From contig SUUJ01000004.1 in assembly GCA_015062585.1 (NCBI GenBank), forward strand, positions 94,512 through 158,511: a DNA stretch of 64,000 nucleotides, read 5' to 3'. Shown one piece after another: positions 1 through 10,449 of this stretch (positions are counted from its first letter, which is position 1; every line of letters starts with the position of its first letter). The notes under the pieces were generated by a model that worked only from the letters and a program-made list of their open reading frames with translations, searched no databases and had not been told where the DNA came from. Origin of the DNA: Alphaproteobacteria bacterium. Lineage in GTDB: Bacteria; Pseudomonadota; Alphaproteobacteria; RF32; CAG-239. The position numbers and the translations under genes are program-made.

Positions 1-51
1 TTTGGCTTTTTCTTCTTCATCATATGATATGCCGATTCTATATTTTCCCAT
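1..51 (-). CDS. 5' end of an unidentified CDS running off the window (MGKYRIGISYDEEEKAK...)
   Basis: ATG at 51 on the minus strand, GGAGG Shine-Dalgarno just upstream, frame open to the window edge. Confidence 0.6.
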   Translation of the reverse strand, partial: MGKYRIGISYDEEEKAK

Positions 52-337
52 TATTTCCTCCTAACGAAGATCATATTATGCTTTATAGTATCACTATTTG
101 GACAAAAAAACAAGCTTTTAATTGTAAAAAAAAGATGTTCTTTCAACGTCTTGAAAAAACATCTTTTTCGCGTTTTTGTATCAAAATTTTGCAATATGAA
201 GAAAAAACACTATATTCACTCATCTTAGAAATTAAGAAAGGTTGATGTTTCTCTTAATATTCTACCATCGTGAACAGTTAAAATATAGTCAACTTAAAGC
301 ATTTTTTTACTTATACTAAACAAAGTGATTATGTAGC

Positions 338-1594
338 TTATAGTTCTATGGTGTGTTTTTTACGATAAGCATTATATGCGGCAAGTTTGCCAGGATCTAC
401 AAGCATTGTTTTGCCGACCATTTTCCAACCTTTTATATAAGCTTTGGCAATTTCAAGGCGCTCGGTTCTATCACCGGCTGCCAAAGTTAAAAAAGGTGGT
501 AAAGGTACAAATTCATTCTTCTTTTGCCGAACTGAATTAAGCAAAGAATTTTCCAGTATGTTGCCGGCAATTTTTTGCATTTTTTTTGCACCACGGCTCA
601 TATTTGATTTTGGCGCAAACCCCATAAATGAGTGCTCAGAAACATAATCTTCTTCCTCGGGCTCCTTGGTTTCATCATTATTTTTATCGGACATTACTTC
701 CATTGTATCACTAAAAAGATCTTCAACCGACCGTACAACATATACCGGCGGAGGATTGCCTTCGACACCTCTTTTATCAACCTGAGCACACATCAATGTC
801 TTGATATTTTTATGCTTGATATAAGCAATTCCGAAATCACTCGGATTCATAAGCAAATATTCTTCCAAAAGTGTTGTTTGTTGATTATGTGAATCAGCGG
901 CTGATTGAATATTGAAAAATCGAGATTTTGCATGATTTTTTGCCCCCTCAGGATTAAAATTTAAGCTCATCTGCTGGGCAAAAATTTGCTCTTTGTCACT
1001 ATCTGTATATCCCAAACGAGCTAATTTTTCAGACATTTTATCCTCCATCTCCACAACTTCGTAAGCACCGTGACAATGAGTAACAAAATTGAGGCGACGA
1101 ATATTGCGCATCGTTTCGCTTTTATTTTCTGAAATACGAGGAAGCATAGTTGCGTTAAAAATATCTTGAATATAGCAGGGATTTAATATTTCTTCTTTAA
1201 TCTCCGGCGGTAATTCAGATATCATTTTCTTATATTTTTTATAATCGTATTGCTTCAAATGTTGCAGATAACGAGCTCTATCGGTATTGTGATATTTACC
1301 AAAATTACATACAGCAACACAAACTCTTATATTATATCCTTTTAACTTGGGCGAATTTTTAACAAACTCGTCAACTTTTTTTAAATATCCGTTATGCTCA
1401 CGAATATAATCACCTTCATTTCTGTTTGCACCACAAAGCACACAAACAAGAACTTCATCTGATTTTATCGGTTCTGCCGGACGAATACGAAAAGGATTTT
1501 TTTCAGAGGTTTCACAACGCTCGGCGAGAAAGGCAAAACTTCTATCGCCGCGCACACCTTTCATATGATTGATATATTCTTTGATATTCATCAA
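338..1594 (-). CDS. Hypothetical protein, 418 aa; possible alpha/beta-hydrolase fold
   Basis: Long ORF with AGGAG RBS; THCHGA resembles a nucleophile elbow; no recognised family. Confidence 0.75.
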   Translation of the reverse strand: MMNIKEYINHMKGVRGDRSFAFLAERCETSEKNPFRIRPAEPIKSDEVLVCVLCGANRNEGDYIREHNGYLKKVDEFVKNSPKLKGYNIRVCVAVCNFGKYHNTDRARYLQHLKQYDYKKYKKMISELPPEIKEEILNPCYIQDIFNATMLPRISENKSETMRNIRRLNFVTHCHGAYEVVEMEDKMSEKLARLGYTDSDKEQIFAQQMSLNFNPEGAKNHAKSRFFNIQSAADSHNQQTTLLEEYLLMNPSDFGIAYIKHKNIKTLMCAQVDKRGVEGNPPPVYVVRSVEDLFSDTMEVMSDKNNDETKEPEEEDYVSEHSFMGFAPKSNMSRGAKKMQKIAGNILENSLLNSVRQKKNEFVPLPPFLTLAAGDRTERLEIAKAYIKGWKMVGKTMLVDPGKLAAYNAYRKKHTIEL

Positions 1595-1681
1595 AAAAAA
1601 CTCCTAAAAATAAATTTTAGACAAAATATCATATTTTAGAGGTTAAATCAATCTTTTTTTGTCTATCACAAGAAAATACAT

Positions 1682-1714
1682 AAAAAAAAGCCTCACTCGT
1701 CAAAAGTAAGGCTT
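1682..1714 (-). terminator. Intrinsic terminator after pgk
   Basis: AAGCCT...AGGCTT stem followed by a U-tract on the minus strand. Confidence 0.55.
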
Positions 1715-1735
1715 ATTTATTTAATTGGTGTTCAA

Positions 1736-2944
1736 TTATTTTTTCAAAACAACAACGCCAGGAAGCTCTTTTCCTTCCATCCATTCAAGGAAGGCACCGC
1801 CTGCGGTTGAAATGTATGAAAATTTCTTTTCTACACCGGCATTGGCCAAAGCTGAAACTGTGTCACCACCGCCGGCTACCGACATCAATTTACCGGCTAA
1901 AGTAAGCTCGGCAGCATGTTCGGCAACGGCGTTGGTTGCAGTATCAAACGGCTTCATTTCGAACACACCCAAAGGTCCGTTCCAAACAAGTGTTTTGCAT
2001 TCATCTAATTCGGCATTGATTGCAGCGATAGTTTTGGCGCCGACATCGAGCAAACTCCATCCTTCAGCAGGAATTTCATCTAATGAAACTGTTTTATGTT
2101 CTGCCATAGGCTTAAACTCTTTAGAAACAACAACATCTAAGGGCAAAACAATTTTACAATTGTTAGCTTTGGCAGTTGCCATAATCTCTTTAGCTGTATC
2201 AAGCATATCCATTTGAACTAAAGAGTTAGCTTCATTAACTGTATCAATACCGCTGGCTTTCATAAAGGTATGAGCCATACCGCCGGAAATTACCAATTTA
2301 TCAACTTTTTTAACCAAATTGTTTAACAAATCCAACTTGGTAGAAACTTTTGAACCACCGACAATAGCAATCAACGGACGCTTAGGATCGTTAAGTCCTT
2401 TGGACAAGGCGTTAACTTCTTCTTCCATCAAACGACCAAAAGCTGACGGGCGCATTTTAACCGCAGCAACCATAGACGCATGATCACGATGGGCGGTTGA
2501 AAAAGCGTCGGTTACATAAGCATCAACATGAGCAACTAATTCTTTGGCAAAGTTTTCGTCACCTTTTTTCTCTTCTTTATAAAAACGGAGATTTTCAAGC
2601 AACAAAACTTCATCAGCGCTCATATTTTTGATAGCTGTTGCAACTTCGTCACCGATACAATCGCCTACGAATACAACTTTTTTACCCAAAGCTTTTTCCA
2701 AATCTTTAACAATATGGGTCAAAGAGTTGGCCATATCGCCCTTACCTTCCGGACGACCCAAGTGAGATGTAACCACAACTTTGGCACCTTTTGACATCAA
2801 TTCTTTAATAGTCGGAACTGTTCTGTCAATACGAGCAGTGTTAGTAACTTCAAATTTTTCATTCATCGGAACATTCAAATCGGCACGCAACATAACGACT
2901 TTGCCGTTCAAATCACCCAAATCTTCAATAGTTTTGTATTCCAT
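1736..2944 (-). CDS. pgk: Phosphoglycerate kinase
   Basis: RADLNVP, SHLGRP, LLENLRF, GGSKVSTK, WNGPLGVFE and STAGGAFLEWMEGK motifs. Confidence 0.98.
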   Translation of the reverse strand: MEYKTIEDLGDLNGKVVMLRADLNVPMNEKFEVTNTARIDRTVPTIKELMSKGAKVVVTSHLGRPEGKGDMANSLTHIVKDLEKALGKKVVFVGDCIGDEVATAIKNMSADEVLLLENLRFYKEEKKGDENFAKELVAHVDAYVTDAFSTAHRDHASMVAAVKMRPSAFGRLMEEEVNALSKGLNDPKRPLIAIVGGSKVSTKLDLLNNLVKKVDKLVISGGMAHTFMKASGIDTVNEANSLVQMDMLDTAKEIMATAKANNCKIVLPLDVVVSKEFKPMAEHKTVSLDEIPAEGWSLLDVGAKTIAAINAELDECKTLVWNGPLGVFEMKPFDTATNAVAEHAAELTLAGKLMSVAGGGDTVSALANAGVEKKFSYISTAGGAFLEWMEGKELPGVVVLKK

Positions 2945-2958
2945 TTTATATTCCTTGT

Positions 2959-2999
2959 AAAAAAAACAAAACCCCTACCTAATCAACAGATAGGGGTTT
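2959..2999 (-). terminator. Hairpin/terminator between gap and pgk
   Basis: AAACCCCTA...TAGGGGTTT stem with an A-run on the plus strand (U-tract on minus). Confidence 0.55.
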
Positions 3000-3007
3000 A
3001 ATCAATA

Positions 3008-4042
<1,035 letters not shown>

Positions 4043-4172
4043 TTATGTGCGGACAGCCCCGCACAGGCATTTGAAAATTATCGTCAACTAATTTATCATT
4101 ATATGATTTTTTTTCAAGCTATTTTTAAAATTTTTACAATAATAAAACTATGTCATAATTTACAATGTTATC

Positions 4173-4339
4173 GTCTTAAATAAGCTTGCGGACGAGGTTA
4201 GCGATCTTCAAATTAGTTTAAAAACAAGGAAGATCCCTAGACGATTGCTCAACGCAATCGAGGGATGACTTTGTTGTTGTTTTAATGTCATGCCCTAAAC
4301 GGAGCGTTAGCGAAGTGCGGTCAGGCATCTTCAAATTAG
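4173..4339. repeat. REP-like palindromic units of the GTCAT...ATGAC type: one complete pair plus one truncated unit
   Basis: GTCTTAAA..GCGATCTT..AAGATCCC..AGGGATGAC, then GTCATGCC..GGCATCTT; same architecture as 26308-26405 and 26607-26704. Confidence 0.7.
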
Positions 4340-4518
4340 TTCTTATGTTACTTTTGAATGACCAAAAGTAACCAAAAGTCACCGCTCAAGATGTTTTTTT
4401 ATACGCTTTTTTCAACCGGATGTGCCCTTCACATTCGTTGGCTGATTTTGGGTGCATAAAAGGAGAGTCTCCGATTAAAAAAAGCTAAAAAACATAAATC
4501 GCGGTTGTTGTTTTTTTT
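4340..4518. repeat. Dispersed ~180-bp long-hairpin element, copy 1 (MITE-like or structured RNA)
   Basis: Near-identical to 26420-26596; GTTACTTTTG..CAAAAGTAAC hairpin followed by a long foldback ACCGC...GCGGT. Confidence 0.85.
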
Positions 4519-4527
4519 ATTATTCAC

Positions 4528-6003
4528 TTAAAACAAACTTAAAATCGAGCTGGCGGATTGTGAGGCAAGCGACAATGAATTAACCGCTAATTGTTGTCTG
4601 GTTTGCAACATCAAATATTCTGCCGAAGCCTCGTTCATATCGGCCAAAACCAAGTCATCGGCGCCGGTTTCCAAAACATCACACAAAGCTCCGGTAAAGC
4701 TTTGGCGGGTTTGGATTACTTGATATTTATTACCCAAATCGGTGGCTAAAGAGCGCAATTTTCCGATGACATTTTGCACCTCGTCCATTGAAGCGTTTAT
4801 TTGATCTTTATTTTTCCATTCTGCTTGTTTCAAGCCGACTTTATCCGAACGGATATCTTCGCCTTTGACTAAGAAATCATGCGTGCGAGTTTCGTTAAAA
4901 GTAACTTTCATCTCGCCGCCGGTAAGTAAATTTACCCCTTGATAAGATGTGTCCTTGACCAGATTGTCATACTCAGTAATGATTGCATTAAATTCTTCGG
5001 CATAAAAATCCGCATCAACTCCTGAAAACTCTTTGTTAATTGTATCAACAGATCCGTCAGCAACACCTTGTATTTGATTTGCTGATATACCGGTGTCACA
5101 ATTACCTGTTATCAACATTCCATCAACGGTTACATTTTTGTTTGTTTTTACGCAGGTAACATTATTTGCCTCATCTGTTAATATGTTTACCACTGTATTT
5201 TTAATGTTGATATCATCTGTTGAATTGATAACAGAAAATTGCGAGTTGCTGTTTTCCACATTAAAATCAACATTTTCAAGATTGATTCCGCCAGCGGTAT
5301 TGCTTATAATTGCCGATGCATCATTATCTTTGAATTGAACCTCAACATTTTTTAATGTTAGACCTCCCACCTCGAAATAAATATGAGAACCATTATTATC
5401 CAATACCATATTTTCCAAGGTAACATCACCATCACCCATCATTTCGATACCATAACTGCCGCCAATAAGCTTATGACCGGCTCCATTTATCACAACACCG
5501 CTATTATAAATTGTCAAATAATCGCTTAATTTAATATCATCTTCCAAAACAAATTTTGCGTTATCACCTTTACTATTTATCAGTGATTTTATAGAATAAG
5601 CTGACATTCCTTTAGAAATTTTTGTATAACCTTGCGCAACGAGTGCCTCAACATCATCATTTTTCAGCTCAACTTTGCTGGAAAAATTATGTTCTTCTAT
5701 TGCAGAAGCCTGTTCTATAACAGACCTGGCCTGTTCCAAATATGATGTTGCCGATTCAATGCCCTCGTTGGCTGCTTGCAAAGTTTGAATACCTTGTCCC
5801 ATTGTATCCAAAAGTGATGATAAATCACCGGCGCGGCTAGTCAGACTTCGAGACTGATAGTATGAAGACGCGTTATCTATCGCTGAATTAACTTTCTTGC
5901 CGGTAGAAAGAATATTTTGTGTCTTGTCCATCTGTGATGCAATATTTTTCAACGACATTAGATTTGATCGCATACTTGCAGTTAAAGCTATACTATTTGG
6001 CAT
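4528..6003 (-). CDS. Flagellin (alphaproteobacterial type) with a central parallel beta-helix insert
   Basis: N-terminal LSTGKKVNSAIDNASSYY and C-terminal YQGVNLL...LVLADMNEAS..LQTRQQLAVNSLSLA flagellin signatures; centre has xTLxNxxx repeats about every 22 aa. Confidence 0.9.
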   Translation of the reverse strand: MPNSIALTASMRSNLMSLKNIASQMDKTQNILSTGKKVNSAIDNASSYYQSRSLTSRAGDLSSLLDTMGQGIQTLQAANEGIESATSYLEQARSVIEQASAIEEHNFSSKVELKNDDVEALVAQGYTKISKGMSAYSIKSLINSKGDNAKFVLEDDIKLSDYLTIYNSGVVINGAGHKLIGGSYGIEMMGDGDVTLENMVLDNNGSHIYFEVGGLTLKNVEVQFKDNDASAIISNTAGGINLENVDFNVENSNSQFSVINSTDDINIKNTVVNILTDEANNVTCVKTNKNVTVDGMLITGNCDTGISANQIQGVADGSVDTINKEFSGVDADFYAEEFNAIITEYDNLVKDTSYQGVNLLTGGEMKVTFNETRTHDFLVKGEDIRSDKVGLKQAEWKNKDQINASMDEVQNVIGKLRSLATDLGNKYQVIQTRQSFTGALCDVLETGADDLVLADMNEASAEYLMLQTRQQLAVNSLSLASQSASSILSLF

Positions 6004-6178
6004 AACAAATCTCCATATAAATCATTTTTTGAATGAGGACATATAGCGAGATAAGGAAACTTCAAATTTTTTGCATTGGCGCAAAGGTACAATTTCCTCA
6101 ACAAAGTAACACTTCTTACTCTTTGGAAAATGATAATTTTACCCCGGCTAACATACTGAAAATACTTAAAAAATACAC

Positions 6179-6188
6179 GGGGGGGGGG
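6179..6188 (+). repeat. G10 homopolymer tract upstream of the flagellin
   Basis: Ten consecutive G in AT-rich intergenic DNA, about 175 bp upstream of the flagellin ATG. Confidence 0.9.
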
Positions 6189-6242
6189 TAGAACTCATAA
6201 ACTTTTGATTCAGATACAACAAAACCCCTTGCGTATACTTAT

Positions 6243-6257
6243 GCAAAGAGCCTACCA
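6243..6257 (-). promoter_or_regulatory. Possible sigma54 promoter for the flagellin (non-consensus)
   Basis: Minus strand TGGTAG-GCTCT-TTGC(AT): correct GG-N10-GC spacing, mismatches in the -24 box. Confidence 0.35.
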
Positions 6258-6460
6258 TCCGAAAATTCGGGTACTGTTGCAATACTTGTAACAACATCCT
6301 GTCGTATCCTTCTTACTTAAGACATATAATACTTACTAGTATCGTTGTACCTCTTATTTATTAACATTTGGTGAATGTAACAAAATAAAACATATTGATT
6401 TTAAGCGTAAATAAAATATTATGCAAAAAAAATTGTATAATTTTAAATTTTTTATGTCGT

Positions 6461-6928
6461 ATGGAATTAGTATTTGTTGACTCTCAGCTTAAGGTCATTC
6501 CCGCTGGCAGTCCTAAGGAACAACGCTTTGCAATTGATTTGTGTTACAAAGGCTTTTTTGCCGGAGAACCTTTGCCGTTTGAAGACAAGCATTTTTTTGT
6601 TTCGGCACAACCTTGGGCGCAAAACATGACGCTAAGTGAAGCTCGTTCTTATCTAAGAAGCTTGGAAAAACTCAATCCCGATGTAGTTTTCTGCCTTTTG
6701 ACCAATGGGCAGATTGATTATTTGAACTATTGGGGTACAAAAGTCGGTTTTGAAATCAAAAATTCTTGGACTTCCGGTGTTTATACCGATTGGCATGGTC
6801 GAATTGACGGTCGTTATTCGATTAAAAACGGAATTTTGTATTGCGACGGCGGACAAAATATAACCGATGTACATGTTCTCTTTGGCTTCACTCCGGGGGA
6901 AGAGAAACCTATCAACCGAACATTGTAA
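6461..6928 (+). CDS. Hypothetical protein, about 155 aa
   Basis: ORF followed by a bidirectional terminator; ATG at 6461 preferred over the upstream AT-rich extension. Confidence 0.65.
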   Translation: MELVFVDSQLKVIPAGSPKEQRFAIDLCYKGFFAGEPLPFEDKHFFVSAQPWAQNMTLSEARSYLRSLEKLNPDVVFCLLTNGQIDYLNYWGTKVGFEIKNSWTSGVYTDWHGRIDGRYSIKNGILYCDGGQNITDVHVLFGFTPGEEKPINRTL

Positions 6929-6933
6929 TTCTT

Positions 6934-6969
6934 AAAAAAAAACGGTGGCTTGCAAACCACCGTTTTTTT
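6934..6969. terminator. Bidirectional intrinsic terminator
   Basis: A-run, ACGGTGG-CTTGCAAA-CCACCGT, T-run, between convergent genes. Confidence 0.8.
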
Positions 6970-6989
6970 AATAATTCATACTCGTTAAA

Positions 6990-8279
<1,290 letters not shown>

Positions 8280-8361
8280 CTATTAAATTATAAAAAAGTG
8301 TTGCCTATAAAATCTTTCATTTTTATAATATTGTCAATGATATTTTTGAAGGGGTAAACAG

Positions 8362-8817
8362 ATGTTTTCGGATAAGTGGCATAATCGTTTTATGGAAATG
8401 GCCGAGTTAGTGGCAACTTGGTCAAAAGATACTTCAACTAAGGTCGGTGCCGTAGTGGTAGGCGAAAACAGAGAAATTCGCTCTACCGGTTATAACGGCG
8501 TGGTAAGAGGCGTTGATGATGATGTTCCCGAGCGACTTGAACGCCCTACAAAATACGACTTTTTTGAACATGCCGAACGCAATGCCGTTTATAATGCCTG
8601 CCTTATCGGTACATCACTTAAAGGATGCGTTATCTATGTAACGGCTATGCCTTGTCCTGACTGTGCTAGAGCAATTATTCAGTCTGGAATTAAAATGGTT
8701 GTAACCAAAAAACTTCCTCCTATTGATGAAAACACACCCAAAGGAACTTGGCGAGATAAAGTGGTATATTCGGAACAAATGTTTAAGGAAGCCGGAGTGG
8801 AATGCCTTTTCTTATAA
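8362..8817 (+). CDS. dCMP deaminase family (Zn-dependent cytidine/deoxycytidylate deaminase)
   Basis: HAERNA and PCPDC zinc motifs; SKD..TKVGAVVV and TGYNG. Confidence 0.9.
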   Translation: MFSDKWHNRFMEMAELVATWSKDTSTKVGAVVVGENREIRSTGYNGVVRGVDDDVPERLERPTKYDFFEHAERNAVYNACLIGTSLKGCVIYVTAMPCPDCARAIIQSGIKMVVTKKLPPIDENTPKGTWRDKVVYSEQMFKEAGVECLFL

Positions 8818-8939
8818 ATTTGATTTTTTATTAAAAAAAAATCTTTAAATAGCTTTATTTAATAATATATATTTTAGCAATCTGTACTTTTATTTTGAAT
8901 AATCGGACTATAATTTCGTTAACCTCAGAGGGAATAACA

Positions 8940-9557
8940 ATGAAGATTTTAATTATAGACGACCATTCTTTGTATCGTGACGGACTAAAATTTAACCTTG
9001 CCAATATAGTACCTGAAGCTCAGATATTAGATGCCGAAAACCTAACTCAGGCAATTGAACAATTAAAACAAAATTCTGATGTAAATTTGGTTTTGGCCGA
9101 TTGGGATATGCCGGAAATAAAATGGCAAGACGGCTTGAAACATATTAAAGAAGCCACAAAAAATTCGCAAATCGGTGTTATTGCTTCTTCGGGAGAAAAT
9201 AGCGATATCAAAAAAATATTAAATATGGGATTGTGCTGTTTTTTGCCCAAAAACATCGATACAAAAGTATTAAATTCGGCTTTGGGTTTGGTGCTAAACG
9301 GCGGCAGTTATTTTCCCCCATCATTGCTAAAACAACAGGCTGATGACTTTTTGCCCAAAACCAGCAAACATTTGACTAACAGGCAAATGGAAGTTTTGAA
9401 ATATTTGGCACAAGGTTTATCCAATAAGCAAATAGCTTATAAAATGAATGTTTCGGAAGCAACCGTTAAACTGCACATAAATGCTTTACTTAGAGCCGTA
9501 GGCGCTACAAACAGGACCCAGGCGGTTATTAAATCACAGCAAATGGGAATTGTCTGA
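8940..9557 (+). CDS. NarL/FixJ-family response regulator (receiver + LuxR HTH), no kinase gene adjacent
   Basis: ILIIDDH, LADWDMP phosphoacceptor, LTNRQMEVL..GLSNKQIA..TVKLH HTH; start set at ATG 8940. Confidence 0.9.
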   Translation: MKILIIDDHSLYRDGLKFNLANIVPEAQILDAENLTQAIEQLKQNSDVNLVLADWDMPEIKWQDGLKHIKEATKNSQIGVIASSGENSDIKKILNMGLCCFLPKNIDTKVLNSALGLVLNGGSYFPPSLLKQQADDFLPKTSKHLTNRQMEVLKYLAQGLSNKQIAYKMNVSEATVKLHINALLRAVGATNRTQAVIKSQQMGIV

Positions 9558-9561
9558 AGCC

Positions 9562-10449
9562 TTACCAATTGATTGAGCATTTTTTTGGTGTTGAAGTCAT
9601 TTTTACCTTTATACCCATAGGCAAAATCAGGCTATGATTGATATGCCCGTAATCAAGATTGCTGATTGTCGGAATTTTTAGTCCGGCGACAAAATCTTTG
9701 ATACAATCATCAATACTGCCGTCTGAAGCAGACGCAATTTTACAATCGGAAAATTGTCCGATAATTATTCCTTTTAGCTTATCAAAATCTTTTTGTTGTT
9801 TTAATTGATTTAACATTAAATCAACTTTATAGGTCTTTTCACCGACATCTTCAATCAACAATATTTTGTCTTTGAGCGAGGGAAAATATTTTGTGCCGCA
9901 CAAATAAGTCAGCACACTCAAATTACCGCCGACAATTTTGCCTTCTGCCTCGCCTTTAATAAGACATTGACCGGAGCAAATCTCATGTTTGCTATCAAAT
10001 AAGATTGATTGCAAATATTTACCGGCTTTATCATTAAATGAGTTTTGATTTGGCTTATAAGCCGGAAGATATCCGGTGTATGCCGGTATGAAAGAAAGCG
10101 AAATCAAAGCATTTTGGATAGCAGTTGAATCGCTTAGGCCGAATATCGGCTTTTTGTTTGATTTTATTAAATTATAATCCAAATAGGGCAATATTCTGCT
10201 TGAGCCGGCACCACCCCTGACGCAAAAAATTGCTTTTATATTTTTGTCAGCATACATTTTATTGACTGAGCTTGCTCGTTTTTTATCATTTCCCGCCATA
10301 TAGCGATATTCATCGATGAGGTTTTCGGCCAATTTTACTTTTAGCCCCATTTCTTTGAAGTATTTTACAGCCTCGGAAATATCTTCTTTTTTTACAAATG
10401 ACGAAGGTGCTATAAAGCCAATCGTATCACCTTTTTTTAACAAGCTCAT
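9562..10449 (-). CDS. ldcA: LD-carboxypeptidase (peptidase S66)
   Basis: RGGAGS, GLSDST catalytic Ser, GGNLS, LIEDVGE, YGH. Confidence 0.88.
   Translation of the reverse strand: MSLLKKGDTIGFIAPSSFVKKEDISEAVKYFKEMGLKVKLAENLIDEYRYMAGNDKKRASSVNKMYADKNIKAIFCVRGGAGSSRILPYLDYNLIKSNKKPIFGLSDSTAIQNALISLSFIPAYTGYLPAYKPNQNSFNDKAGKYLQSILFDSKHEICSGQCLIKGEAEGKIVGGNLSVLTYLCGTKYFPSLKDKILLIEDVGEKTYKVDLMLNQLKQQKDFDKLKGIIIGQFSDCKIASASDGSIDDCIKDFVAGLKIPTISNLDYGHINHSLILPMGIKVKMTSTPKKCSINW

Noticed and set aside
24-245. 73-aa plus-strand ORF
   Set aside because: AT-rich intergenic sequence overlapping the RBS-supported minus-strand start at 51 and a hairpin
1725-2216. 163-aa plus-strand ORF
   Set aside because: Antisense shadow of pgk
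4173-4518. Autonomous IS element or tRNA within the repeat arrays
   Set aside because: No transposase ORF, no clear target-site duplication, no tRNA cloverleaf or T-loop consensus
6082-6089. Bacteroidota-type promoter -7 box (TACCTTTG) upstream of the flagellin
   Set aside because: No TTTG at the expected -33 spacing; an 8-mer is likely by chance and the host is not Bacteroidota
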